From: a virus
Taxonomy: Duplodnaviria; Caudoviricetes
Direction: 5' to 3' (one strand)
DNA: 64,000 nt
Virus record (IMG/VR): IMGVR_UViG_3300005662_000042
Span: 694-64,693 of that record
Below the pieces are notes generated by a model. That model saw nothing but the letters and a program-made list of their open reading frames with translations, was not told where the DNA came from and searched no databases. Position 1 is the stretch's first letter. The number at the start of each line of letters is the position of its first letter. Below are positions 19,901 to 28,736 of the stretch, one piece after another. The translations under genes were made by a program, and so were the position numbers.

Positions 19901-20248
19901 TTTTATGTTTTAGGTAACTCAATTCAAAGATCGGGAGTTATAGACTATGATACAGACCAGTCTACAGATTCTTCAAATAAAGAGTCCGTAGTATTTGACT
20001 CAGTATGGATTCAAAGAGAGCAAGACGCTAAAGCTCTTGCTGAATGGATTAAGTCCAATGTATTAAATAAAGGAAGATTTGTAGACATGACGGTCTTCGG
20101 TAACCCAATAATTTCGGCTGGAGATATAGTTAGAATTAACTATCCAATACTAGGTATGGATACAGCAACTAATAAATATATAGTTACAAAATGCACCCTA
20201 GAATATAGAGAGGGGCTTACCACAACAATTGCATGTAGAGCAATCTAA
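16979..20248 (+). CDS. Baseplate hub/minor tail protein
   Basis: 1089 aa; C-terminal hub-like motif 'VFGNPIISAGDIVRINY...YIVTKCTLEYREGLTTTI'; central lectin-like beta region. Confidence 0.7.
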   Translation: MIPVSTATRDLLKKGYSISTSAGATIEYNLNSMVENVSATSDAMTNNYSVAFKKLFPIDTIYKPFRPLSPGIKYLVHTTNSTDTPKDSFENPRDVSLGTKPRLYYPGPDIVYKYWLAPKDTNINISVNYFVDDTVTSEPKIIPVNKIIARFETNHDKPTSWTITGVKPDNTTISVTGTTLNSNGEAVIYYNGSTWSTTEPATYTTTQNLKRISLSAVNSKTGKFIGVIEFSPRWVINVDSDIMSFLVNKETTSDDTSIVPVGIITANYLNMFISKPHTTSRSIVEYDRNAAIDSTKIYLLKNALIKPYINVGDGATSQKVPQGSFYVNTWSLSEFGEASIDATDAAKILQDTLCPQLLVQDSPITSIIKRILDSIGFSTYKINVKTVDGKVDDDSIPSLSYWWSDGDKTVWDVLQELCRDIQMNAFVDEYNTLNFYSRNFIYDKTREPSWTFTSENINVNSVLDYAPNIQSLSTKELFSANQVRVRYSTAFTASNTESSSPLWKSDTSFLGAGALTKKIDLSSTDFSLQPSVVNSDRTDRILDQFSGYVLINGEIIEYDGVYYQYVPVNGTTPIEVLIKSQSDIWKYSALAKPGYKNFQPTNRYSIKTRGALSTSKSVHEVAPDSYINKAGENDTNKFNKYSITLATPDIAKDKPGSGSYFIPTGSTSKGIRKGFLAISNLDQNKKSFDIAIKKFESVAPSGPYFSFGTRMFFESQLNTPEQVGGIGFCLDSDGKNGYYLLVRTTAYAELQKDIMLVKVQNGRLTVLKDSQQSSTKTLAGIYAGVSYNIDILLKPSEPLPGGAFKNIITVFINGYKITAVDSGYDGPSIYVPPISITKNVGVHCGQGVAYFEYLYAKTIPQAVYEKNSKAIIYEYNGVYSDDTVSMLYGDIIYNDGESVSDNTGPVFEFGTTAREIKKTKISYEDRPAIPITFRTSLNKYVTVLDQRLQPFGAESYVLNNTSTTVALDDNNNTSFYVLGNSIQRSGVIDYDTDQSTDSSNKESVVFDSVWIQREQDAKALAEWIKSNVLNKGRFVDMTVFGNPIISAGDIVRINYPILGMDTATNKYIVTKCTLEYREGLTTTIACRAI

Positions 20249-20256
20249 AGGCATAA

Positions 20257-20265
20257 TGGTATAAT
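20257..20265 (+). promoter_or_regulatory. Extended -10 promoter (TGgTATAAT)
   Basis: Directly upstream of ATG 20272. Confidence 0.5.
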
Positions 20266-20271
20266 AAATAA

Positions 20272-20598
20272 ATGGGAATTCAAGCAGGTAAAACGGTAGT
20301 ACTATATGACGATGACCCACGCCTTGCCGATGTGTGGAAAGGCAACACTGGAGAAACCAAGTCCAGGACTGAATCTGGAGACGGCGGCGGCGGAGACGGC
20401 GGCGGTGGAGACGGCGGAGATGGCCCTACAAGACCACAGCTTAACGATATAATACTAAAAGGATTTGAAACATATAATGATTCAAATGGCATGCAAAAGC
20501 AAAAAGCAAAGTTTAGAATTTATAACTCAAGCAAGCAAGAAATAGATGGCTTCTTATTTGCTTTGACCATATCTGATACTCAAGGAGGAAGAGCATGA
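20272..20598 (+). CDS. Minor tail protein with Gly/Asp linker
   Basis: 108 aa containing GDGGGGDGGGGDGGDG. Confidence 0.55.
   Translation: MGIQAGKTVVLYDDDPRLADVWKGNTGETKSRTESGDGGGGDGGGGDGGDGPTRPQLNDIILKGFETYNDSNGMQKQKAKFRIYNSSKQEIDGFLFALTISDTQGGRA
20377..20424 (+). repeat. GC-rich tandem repeat encoding a Gly/Asp linker
   Basis: GGAGAC(GGC)n units repeated about 4 times in an AT-rich background. Confidence 0.8.
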
Positions 20599-21455
20599 TA
20601 ACAAAGTTTGGAAAAAGATTCTTGACCAACTTTATAGCTGGTAACTCATCTCTTTCGTCAAAAGAAATGGCTATAGGAATTGCAACTTCAACAGAGTATC
20701 CTCTTGCAGATACTAACTCAAGACTAGGATTTGAATTCTATAGAATTCCAATTAGGCAGGGCGGAATAGATATTGATGCAACCTCATCACCAACAAAGTA
20801 CACAGTAATATTTTCTGCAACTCTTCCTACAAACATAGCAGGAAAAATTAACGAGATAGGAATATATTCTGGACAATCTTCTACCAGAAATATTTACGAT
20901 AGTAAGTTCCTTTCAAATTTTGAATTGCCATACCAATGGACTCCAGAGCCAGAATTAGATCAGGTAAATAGCAGAGTATTAGATAGCTCTTTGACATTTA
21001 CTTCAAACTCAACATCTCCAAGGGAGTACACTTACCCAATACTTGACTTGGACATTTCTGGATATAATCCACTTGATACAATGTGTCTTTCATACAAAGC
21101 AAATGACGCAAACCTGTCTTCTGTGAAAGCAAGACTATACAGCTCTGATTCAGACTATATGGAGTTTACTTTTACAGGGCATTCTGTAGGAAACAATATA
21201 AAGTCTTTATATATGTCTCAAGGTGTTACTACTGGTACATTTAATTCACAAGGTATAAATAAGCTTGGAATAATAATTACCCCAACCACTTCTGCAACTT
21301 CAGTATCTATGGACGGGCTAAGAATAAATGATGAGGATACTTTTGACCCAGACTATGGATTAATTGCTAGATCTATATTAGACTCAACAATGGTTAAAGT
21401 AATTGGAAGAGAAGCAGCAATAGAGTTTAAACTAGATTTATCGTTTGGTAGCTAG
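20595..21455 (+). CDS. Minor tail/baseplate protein
   Basis: 286 aa; 'MITKFGKRFL...MAIGIA...LGFEFYRIP...INEIGIY' is typical of fibre-anchoring tail proteins. Confidence 0.6.
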   Translation: MITKFGKRFLTNFIAGNSSLSSKEMAIGIATSTEYPLADTNSRLGFEFYRIPIRQGGIDIDATSSPTKYTVIFSATLPTNIAGKINEIGIYSGQSSTRNIYDSKFLSNFELPYQWTPEPELDQVNSRVLDSSLTFTSNSTSPREYTYPILDLDISGYNPLDTMCLSYKANDANLSSVKARLYSSDSDYMEFTFTGHSVGNNIKSLYMSQGVTTGTFNSQGINKLGIIITPTTSATSVSMDGLRINDEDTFDPDYGLIARSILDSTMVKVIGREAAIEFKLDLSFGS

Positions 21456-21456
21456 C

Positions 21457-24400
21457 ATGTCTGAGCAATATAAAGATTTAGGAATTACTCAAAGTAAAGA
21501 CGGAGACTATTGGGATATAGTCATTCCAGATTTAGACTTTGATACAGACTATGCTTTACAAGCAGGATGGGTCTATACAGATAAGTCAAAAGGAACAAGT
21601 GAGTTATCAGATAGATTTAATTTTACAACTGATGATCAGGTAGGACTGCTTGCACCTCAATTTACATTAAACGATTTATCTGCCGAAGGCTCCATACTTT
21701 ATATAAACTGGAACGGAAAAGATTCTAGCGGACTTGAATATCCCAGCTCTATTTTAAAACAGGTAAACGTATGGATTAAAGGTGGAGACTTCGGAACTGA
21801 ATTTAAGCAGTATGGAACATCTTTTACAAAAGCTGGTCTTATACAGATTAATGCAACAAAAAAAGCTACCTATTGTGTAAAGCTACAGGCGGAAACAAAG
21901 CTAAATAAATTCTCTTCATTCTCAAGCTCATTTTGTGTAACAATGTTAAGAGAGCCAAAGGCTGTATATGACATTAGACATCAGTGGGATAATGTAGGTA
22001 ACTTGTCAGTATTTTGGAAGTTTGATCCAACATTCAAAGATGATAATTTTGACAATACACTTGCAGACTCGTTTGGATTGCAGATGCTCGATACTGCAAA
22101 TGATACTGATGCTACATGGTGGACATCTGTAGAAAAAACTAAGTTGCCTCCACTTGAGCAAAAAATAACAATTTCTGTAAACCAGCTTCAAAAAGTATTT
22201 GGTCAGTCTACAGCATTTGAAATTGACTACGACACATTTATATATGTAAGAGATAAAAATTTACAAACAAGCTTAGTAACTGGCTACTTGCTCACAAAAT
22301 ATTCAGATCCTCTTACTGCTCCATCTATATCTGCAGTAAAGTCACCAATGGCATACAATGTTTCATATACAGCCAATTCACTTTTTGATAAAATATACGT
22401 AGAAGACAGCACAAATAACGGAGCAACATGGAATGTTGTTGCTGTTACTTCGTCTAACCCAGCCTATATTGCTACTACCAATTCACTAGAAAGAATGGTT
22501 AGGGCTAAGTTTTCAAAGAGGCTGGGTGGGTTTACTGGGTATAGCAATATTGTAACAGTTACACCAGACAAGATAGATCCAACAGATACAACAGCACCAG
22601 CAAATCCTACAGATGTTTCAGCAACAGCAACAGTTGATGCAAAAGACGGAACTGGATTTAGTGTTCAGGCAACAATATCTTTTACAAAATCTCCTGACTC
22701 AGATTGTCGTGGATATAGAGTAAGATGGACAACTCAAACAGAAAATCCTATTTATGAATATGGATATATTGATAATCCATCAAGTGGAACAACAGTTTCT
22801 TTTACTGTATCGGGACTAATACCTAATACAACATATTACTATCAAGTAGCATCTGTTGATCAGTTTAATAACACTCAGTCTTATACAACAGCAGGAACGT
22901 TTACAGCACAAGACAGCATTGCAACTGCTGAAGGCTCTCTTGCCAGATTAAAATCTTTTATATCAATTGGTGGTGCAACAGGAAACCTGTTTAAGCTTGG
23001 AACTGGAATATTAGATTCAATTAATACAAGTACAACAATAACTCCATCAATTACCGCTGCCCCACTCACTGGTTATCATGGAATACTTCTTAATAAGACT
23101 GGAAATAAAAATAACTTTTGGCTAACAACTGGTCAGATAAGAGTTGGTACCGATACACAGTTTATGTATTTTGATGGGGAAGATCTTTACTTAACGGGAG
23201 ACATTAATGCAAGATCTGGATCTATAACTGGAAACCTAACCATGACTGGCGGAGGGTCTGTTATTGCCAAGACTACATCTAATGCGCTAAATAAGGTTAC
23301 ACTCAGCCACCTAGGACTATTTGCATATGATGCCGCAGGTACAGAAACAACACAAATTATTTCAAATGCTGCAATAGGAGCTCCAACCTTTACAACAGTA
23401 AAAGCTTTAATCGGAAACTGGACAGTCGGAACAAATACAATATCTGCAGGCGGAGTCACATTAAACTCGTTGGGATCTATAGTAGCAACAAATAGCGGAT
23501 CATATGTAGGAATAAGACCACGCACTAGCTCTGGAACAGATGTTGTTCTATGGGCAGGAAATACAGAGTCTCCAGCAGCAAATAGTGCTGCATCAGGTCA
23601 GGCAGGATTTCAAGTAAACGCTAATGGACAGATGTATGCCACAGGAGCAATAATATCTGGTATTGTTACATTAGAATCTGGATCCTCACTTGGTGGATTA
23701 GTTCCAGACTCATCTAAGGTTTATTATTCAGCGACAGCACCGACCCCACCTACTGGCGGTCATAAAGAGGGAGATGCCTGGGTTGATACAGCAAACGGGA
23801 ATCGCATAAATGTTTGGAATGGAACTGCCTGGGTAATAGCACAAGATTCTGAAGCTGTAAAAGCAACTGTAGCACAAAAAAATAAAACAACCTATGGAAC
23901 AACACAGCCGTCTAGTCCTGTAATGGGAGACATATGGTTTGACACCAATACTGGAATAAACTATTTTAAAGTTTATAACGGTGCAGCGTGGGTAAGAATG
24001 AAAGACTCAGATATTACCGACGCTCAGGAACTAGCTGCAGCTGCACAGTCTTCTGCAGATTCAAAAGCACAAACTACATACGGAACAACAGAGCCAGCCT
24101 CTCCAAAAGCTGGAGATATTTGGTTTGATACAAATTTTGGATACTTTAAAAGATACAGCGGTACAGCTTGGGTACGAATGAAGGATGCAGACATTACTGC
24201 CGCCCAAGAAGCTGCTGCAAATGCCGCAACTAACGCAGGGCAAGCATTACTTAAAGCATCAGCTTTTGGAGTAGATGGATCTCTTGTATCAAGCTTAGGA
24301 GTAAAGCTAAATGAAGGCGGATCAATATATTCAACATACGATATAGGGACTGGCCCAAATAAACAAACTTTTGCAAAAAGTTATTATTCAAGCACAACAC

Positions 24401-25098
24401 CAGGCTATTTTATTGGGTGGGAAAATCAATCAGGAGTAATTTATCCAGCGTTTAATGTAGGTAATGATGCTGCATATGTTAGATACTCAAGCTATACTCA
24501 GTCTCTTGAAGTAAAAGGTAATATCGTTAATGGTGGAGATTACTGGAACGGCAATGGATCATTTCAGTTTGGTGGAGCAACAGGAATAACAAAAGGCACA
24601 ACGGGACAAGTTACAATTGGGTCAAATGTTTTAATTCAAGGAGACCTTACTGCAAAAGCGCTGCTTTCTGTAAATGGGACCAAGACAGTTGATATAAATA
24701 ATGCTACAATTACATTGAAAGATACAGGCTCTGATTTTGGTTCATTTGGGGCTATGTATATATATAACAATAACTTTGCTGACACAGCTTCATTTGGAGC
24801 AACTGGCATTAGCATGAGTCAAGGTTTACAAACTTATGCACAATTTTGGAATGGAACCGATTATAAGTTTGCAGTAGGTTCTGGGAACTCAATAACTATT
24901 GAGTCAAATGGTGGAGGCGGAGGCACTGCACGGCCAATATATTTAAATGGAGTTGTTCAAATGGTTTTTGGTATAGGGCCAACAACAGTAGTCCAAGCAA
25001 CTGGAACCGATCAATTTACAAGAGCATTAAGAAATATAACAGTAGCAACTGTTGCGCCATCAGGCGGCATACAGGGAGACATCTGGATACAGATATAG
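21457..25098 (+). CDS. Tail fibre/minor tail protein with FN3-like domains and internal repeats
   Basis: ATG at 21457; FN3-like 'PANPTDVSAT...GYRVRW...GLIPNTTYYYQVASVDQFNN'; three GD(A/I)W(V/F)DT...W repeats. Confidence 0.75.
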   Translation: MSEQYKDLGITQSKDGDYWDIVIPDLDFDTDYALQAGWVYTDKSKGTSELSDRFNFTTDDQVGLLAPQFTLNDLSAEGSILYINWNGKDSSGLEYPSSILKQVNVWIKGGDFGTEFKQYGTSFTKAGLIQINATKKATYCVKLQAETKLNKFSSFSSSFCVTMLREPKAVYDIRHQWDNVGNLSVFWKFDPTFKDDNFDNTLADSFGLQMLDTANDTDATWWTSVEKTKLPPLEQKITISVNQLQKVFGQSTAFEIDYDTFIYVRDKNLQTSLVTGYLLTKYSDPLTAPSISAVKSPMAYNVSYTANSLFDKIYVEDSTNNGATWNVVAVTSSNPAYIATTNSLERMVRAKFSKRLGGFTGYSNIVTVTPDKIDPTDTTAPANPTDVSATATVDAKDGTGFSVQATISFTKSPDSDCRGYRVRWTTQTENPIYEYGYIDNPSSGTTVSFTVSGLIPNTTYYYQVASVDQFNNTQSYTTAGTFTAQDSIATAEGSLARLKSFISIGGATGNLFKLGTGILDSINTSTTITPSITAAPLTGYHGILLNKTGNKNNFWLTTGQIRVGTDTQFMYFDGEDLYLTGDINARSGSITGNLTMTGGGSVIAKTTSNALNKVTLSHLGLFAYDAAGTETTQIISNAAIGAPTFTTVKALIGNWTVGTNTISAGGVTLNSLGSIVATNSGSYVGIRPRTSSGTDVVLWAGNTESPAANSAASGQAGFQVNANGQMYATGAIISGIVTLESGSSLGGLVPDSSKVYYSATAPTPPTGGHKEGDAWVDTANGNRINVWNGTAWVIAQDSEAVKATVAQKNKTTYGTTQPSSPVMGDIWFDTNTGINYFKVYNGAAWVRMKDSDITDAQELAAAAQSSADSKAQTTYGTTEPASPKAGDIWFDTNFGYFKRYSGTAWVRMKDADITAAQEAAANAATNAGQALLKASAFGVDGSLVSSLGVKLNEGGSIYSTYDIGTGPNKQTFAKSYYSSTTPGYFIGWENQSGVIYPAFNVGNDAAYVRYSSYTQSLEVKGNIVNGGDYWNGNGSFQFGGATGITKGTTGQVTIGSNVLIQGDLTAKALLSVNGTKTVDINNATITLKDTGSDFGSFGAMYIYNNNFADTASFGATGISMSQGLQTYAQFWNGTDYKFAVGSGNSITIESNGGGGGTARPIYLNGVVQMVFGIGPTTVVQATGTDQFTRALRNITVATVAPSGGIQGDIWIQI
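23722..24225 (+). repeat. Three imperfect repeats within the tail fibre
   Basis: YYSATAPT..GDAWVDTANGNRINVWNGTAW; TYGTTQPSSPVMGDIWFDTNTGINYFKVYNGAAWVRMKDSDIT; TYGTTEPASPKAGDIWFDTNFGYFKRYSGTAWVRMKDADIT. Confidence 0.85.
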
Positions 25099-25106
25099 GA
25101 TAGTTT

Positions 25107-28079
25107 ATGCCATCAGATATATATGCAAAAACGTCAAGCGGCTGGTCTGGAGCTGTAAAAAAGATATATGCAAAAACAGGATCAAGCTGGTCAGCAGCAG
25201 CCAGATTTGTCTATGCCTATATAAATAGTGGTTGGACAAGAGTCTGGCCGCTTTCTGGAATATATTCAACAACAAGTCCTTTTGTATCAAGAACAAATTC
25301 TTCTTCAGAATTAAGTTACGGAACGGTACTAAGAGTTGGGTCAACAATTAGAGGTAATAGGGGAACATGGAACCCTAATGGATATACCATATCTTCATAT
25401 GAATATAAATGGAGGGCATACACTACCGAAACTGGATTAGGAACTCAATACGACTCAGGGCTCTCAACCCTTTCTGGTACTACCAATGATCAATTAATAG
25501 ATGGAACAAGTTTTGATAGAGGATGGCTAACTTTTTTTGTTAGGGCAAAGGCATCTGGAGGATCTGCATATGACGGATCCGATGAATCTTTAAGGTACTA
25601 CGTTGTCAGACAAAGGCCACGCATATCTATTGGCACAACACCGTCATTTAATAATAATTCTCCAAAAGTTGATGATGTCATGTCGTACTCCTCTTCATGG
25701 GATACATCAGATGCATATTTGCCAGAGGGAACAAGAACAACTATTAAATGGTATAGAAATTCTTCTGCCTCAACCACTGGTGGAATTGAAATTCAAAGTA
25801 GCGGGTACTCTTATACTGTCAAAGAAGCAGACATTGATAATTATATTTATGCAGTAGAAACAACTTTTAATTCAGGATCAGACTATGACCTAGGTACCAC
25901 GACTGGTGTTTCAGCTACCGCAATAACAAGCAGCCCAGCACAATCAGGCTTACTTCCCCCAGGACCGTTAACTGTGACTACATCCTCAACAACAAGCAGT
26001 TGGTCACTAAATATAACATTCGGTGCAAATACTACTTCAGCAAAAATAGAATACGGCGGAAGTATATATTATGGATATAGCGCAACAATTACATCATCAG
26101 GAACATTTACTCCAGTCGGACCATTTGCAAGCGATACAGAAAATTATTTTAGAGTAACCCCGTATAATCAAACCAAGCCTGGAGACCCAGTAACGGGTAG
26201 CGTAAGAACTAAAGTTCTTGTAACACCCCCAGGACCAGCTAGAAATGTTACTGCAGATAACGTGGCTGGAAGAGACTACAATGATGGTCAAGTACTTATA
26301 ACTTGGGATCCACCGTTAAATAACGGCGGTGCTCCAGTAGACTACTATAGGGTCCAGTATGCTTATGACTATGACGTAAGCACATGGTATACGCTATCAG
26401 ATAACTGGACCGCAAGTCCGATGTATGCTGGCCCATTTAGTGATGGGTATACTGTAAGGTCAAAAGTTTTTGCACATAATTCAGAAGGATATTCTGCAAG
26501 TGCGGTCTCTCCTCCACCAGGAACTTATGTAAATACAAAGGCAGAGCCTCTAGTTATTACAAGTGCTACTCGTCAATCTTCTACATCAATTCGCGTTGCC
26601 TTTACTCCAAGCGTACTCTACGGCGGAACAAAAGGAACGGGAGGAAGCAATGTTTTATACTTCTTAAGAACAGCATCAGATGAAGGATTCACATCTAGGC
26701 AAGTTACTACTTCTCCATTTACAATTACTGGACTAAATCCAGGATATGAGTATAGAGTCTTTATAAGAGCCTCAAATGATCAGGGAACTGCCGATTCAAA
26801 TTCTGTTTATGTTTCTTTAGTAAATCCACCAGCGATAATTTCTGGCATAACACCAGATATTACACCAAAGTCTGGCACAGCAGGAGTAACTCAATATTCT
26901 GTAAGTAATGGAGCATGGTCAGGCTCTCCAACCAGCTATACATATTCATGGAGATATAGAGAAACATCAACAATTTATCCAGCAGCACCAGGTGTAAATA
27001 ATCAATCAACATATACGCCCCCAGCAAACTTTGTCACACTTTACGGAAACACATTAAGATGTGTTGTTACTGCAACCAATGCTGGAGGATCAACCGACGC
27101 CAGCTCTGGAGATGTAAGCGTTTCCGCTCCAGTATCTGCTCCTACAGGTTCTGTATCAATTTCTCCATCGGGAACAGTTCAGGCACGGACTCAAATAACC
27201 GCAACATCATCTTTTACAAACTCGCCAACTTCATCTTATATTGAAATAAGAAAAGCAACAGGAAGAACTCCTACTCAATCAGACACACTAGTTACCTCTT
27301 CTAATTCAACCCAGGTTTCACATACAATTACAGATTCTGAGGCATCGGGAACACCAGATAGATTTATTGCATTTGGGTATGCATCAAATTCTGGTGGAAC
27401 TTCTCCAACATATTCTTCAAATGTTATTACATCAACTCCGTATGTTCCTCCAAATGTTGCCCCATCGGGAGGCTCTGTATCAGTAAGTCCCGCATCTGGC
27501 ACAGCGGGATCAACTACATACACAGCTTCAATATCTGGGTGGTCTGGAACACCTAGTACATTTAGTGCTACTTACTCATGGCAGTACATGAATACAAGTT
27601 TTTCCTGGGTTCAATTTACAACTGGATCAACTGCAATACCGCCGTCAAACGTAACGGCATATGCATGGAGAGTTGTTGCTACTGTTTCAAATGGAGTTTC
27701 TCCAAATGCCGAAGCCACATCAGCATTTTCTGTAAGTGCTCCAACTACCACCACTACAACTACTACAAGCACAACCACTACAGCATGTGTTTGTGTTTAT
27801 CAGGATATGGGAGATTACCATTATTCGCCAGACTGTTGCCCAGGTGGGTCACCAAGAACTGGCTCTTTAAGTGGAAATACTGTAAATAACTGTTGCCCAA
27901 ATGTTACAAAGCCAACCACTACTACAACAACCACTACAACTGCTGGAAGGCCTACCGTATACTGGAAATGCAATCAGGCTGACGTAAATAACTCAAGCAA
28001 CCCATGTACCTTTGTAGGGCAATGTCGATTTGCTGGCAATACCTATTTTGCTGCAGGATGTACATCTTGTTGCGATTAG
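25107..28079 (+). CDS. Tail fibre/receptor-binding protein with Ig/FN3 modules, Thr tracts and Cys-rich tip
   Basis: 990 aa; FN3-like 'PGPARNVTA...ITWDPPLNNGGAPVDYYRVQY'; two poly-Thr tracts; 12 Cys in the last ~100 aa. Confidence 0.75.
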   Translation: MPSDIYAKTSSGWSGAVKKIYAKTGSSWSAAARFVYAYINSGWTRVWPLSGIYSTTSPFVSRTNSSSELSYGTVLRVGSTIRGNRGTWNPNGYTISSYEYKWRAYTTETGLGTQYDSGLSTLSGTTNDQLIDGTSFDRGWLTFFVRAKASGGSAYDGSDESLRYYVVRQRPRISIGTTPSFNNNSPKVDDVMSYSSSWDTSDAYLPEGTRTTIKWYRNSSASTTGGIEIQSSGYSYTVKEADIDNYIYAVETTFNSGSDYDLGTTTGVSATAITSSPAQSGLLPPGPLTVTTSSTTSSWSLNITFGANTTSAKIEYGGSIYYGYSATITSSGTFTPVGPFASDTENYFRVTPYNQTKPGDPVTGSVRTKVLVTPPGPARNVTADNVAGRDYNDGQVLITWDPPLNNGGAPVDYYRVQYAYDYDVSTWYTLSDNWTASPMYAGPFSDGYTVRSKVFAHNSEGYSASAVSPPPGTYVNTKAEPLVITSATRQSSTSIRVAFTPSVLYGGTKGTGGSNVLYFLRTASDEGFTSRQVTTSPFTITGLNPGYEYRVFIRASNDQGTADSNSVYVSLVNPPAIISGITPDITPKSGTAGVTQYSVSNGAWSGSPTSYTYSWRYRETSTIYPAAPGVNNQSTYTPPANFVTLYGNTLRCVVTATNAGGSTDASSGDVSVSAPVSAPTGSVSISPSGTVQARTQITATSSFTNSPTSSYIEIRKATGRTPTQSDTLVTSSNSTQVSHTITDSEASGTPDRFIAFGYASNSGGTSPTYSSNVITSTPYVPPNVAPSGGSVSVSPASGTAGSTTYTASISGWSGTPSTFSATYSWQYMNTSFSWVQFTTGSTAIPPSNVTAYAWRVVATVSNGVSPNAEATSAFSVSAPTTTTTTTTSTTTTACVCVYQDMGDYHYSPDCCPGGSPRTGSLSGNTVNNCCPNVTKPTTTTTTTTTAGRPTVYWKCNQADVNNSSNPCTFVGQCRFAGNTYFAAGCTSCCD

Positions 28080-28081
28080 TA

Positions 28082-28110
28082 TTGACAAGATTATATGAAA
28101 TTGGTATCAT
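28082..28110 (+). promoter_or_regulatory. Sigma70-type promoter
   Basis: TTGACA-17 nt-TATCAT with TG extension. Confidence 0.7.
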
Positions 28111-28116
28111 TAAATC

Positions 28117-28476
28117 ATGCTTCTAAGTAAAGATAATATACATATAATTCTTGAAGGTCAAGAACACAATTTTAATGAAAATATACATAGTCTTGCTTGT
28201 TTTATTATTAATGAAACAGTTGTTGAAAATGGCATATACTCATTAGAACTCATAAACTTATTTAATAATTCAGTTATTGAAGAAAAAGAGCAATATGAAG
28301 ATGGAGATATCTTGCTTACCTTAACACATAAGGAAGACGGAGAAGAGCAATATATGCAGGTGGATGAGAGAATGGGATCTATTATGCTCAGTAACCCTCA
28401 ATTAATTGAAGTTCCCGAAGGATCCCAGTGGGTTGTAATAGGCTCAAAATATATAGATGGGATTTTTTATCCATGA
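28117..28476 (+). CDS. Hypothetical protein (fibre-associated, acidic)
   Basis: 119-aa ORF directly after the promoter; ends 'GSKYIDGIFYP'. Confidence 0.6.
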   Translation: MLLSKDNIHIILEGQEHNFNENIHSLACFIINETVVENGIYSLELINLFNNSVIEEKEQYEDGDILLTLTHKEDGEEQYMQVDERMGSIMLSNPQLIEVPEGSQWVVIGSKYIDGIFYP

Positions 28477-28736
28477 CAGAAAAGAATAGATTTGAACAGT
28501 ATTTAGAAAAGCAAAAAGAAAGAGCTGAGAGCGAAGGCAAAAAAGATGTAAAGCCTTGGGACCTTCTTAATCCTAATACTGAGTATGTAGATTCAGAAAT
28601 CTCATCAGAAAGATTTAATATATGTAAGGTTTGTCCAGAGCTATTTCAAATGACCAAACAGTGTAAAAAGTGTGGGTGCTTTATGGCATTAAAAACTAAG
28701 TTAAAAAATGCAAGCTGCCCGATTGGTAAATGGTAA
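28473..28736 (+). CDS. Small Cys-rich metal-binding protein (DUF6171-like)
   Basis: ATGA overlap; RFNICKVCPEL...QCKKCGCFMALKTKL..ASCPIGKW. Confidence 0.65.
   Translation: MTEKNRFEQYLEKQKERAESEGKKDVKPWDLLNPNTEYVDSEISSERFNICKVCPELFQMTKQCKKCGCFMALKTKLKNASCPIGKW

Noticed and set aside
25107-28079. Diversity-generating retroelement targeting the fibre tip
   Set aside because: No reverse transcriptase or template-repeat copy of the C-terminus was seen in this window; cannot be excluded for the rest of the genome.
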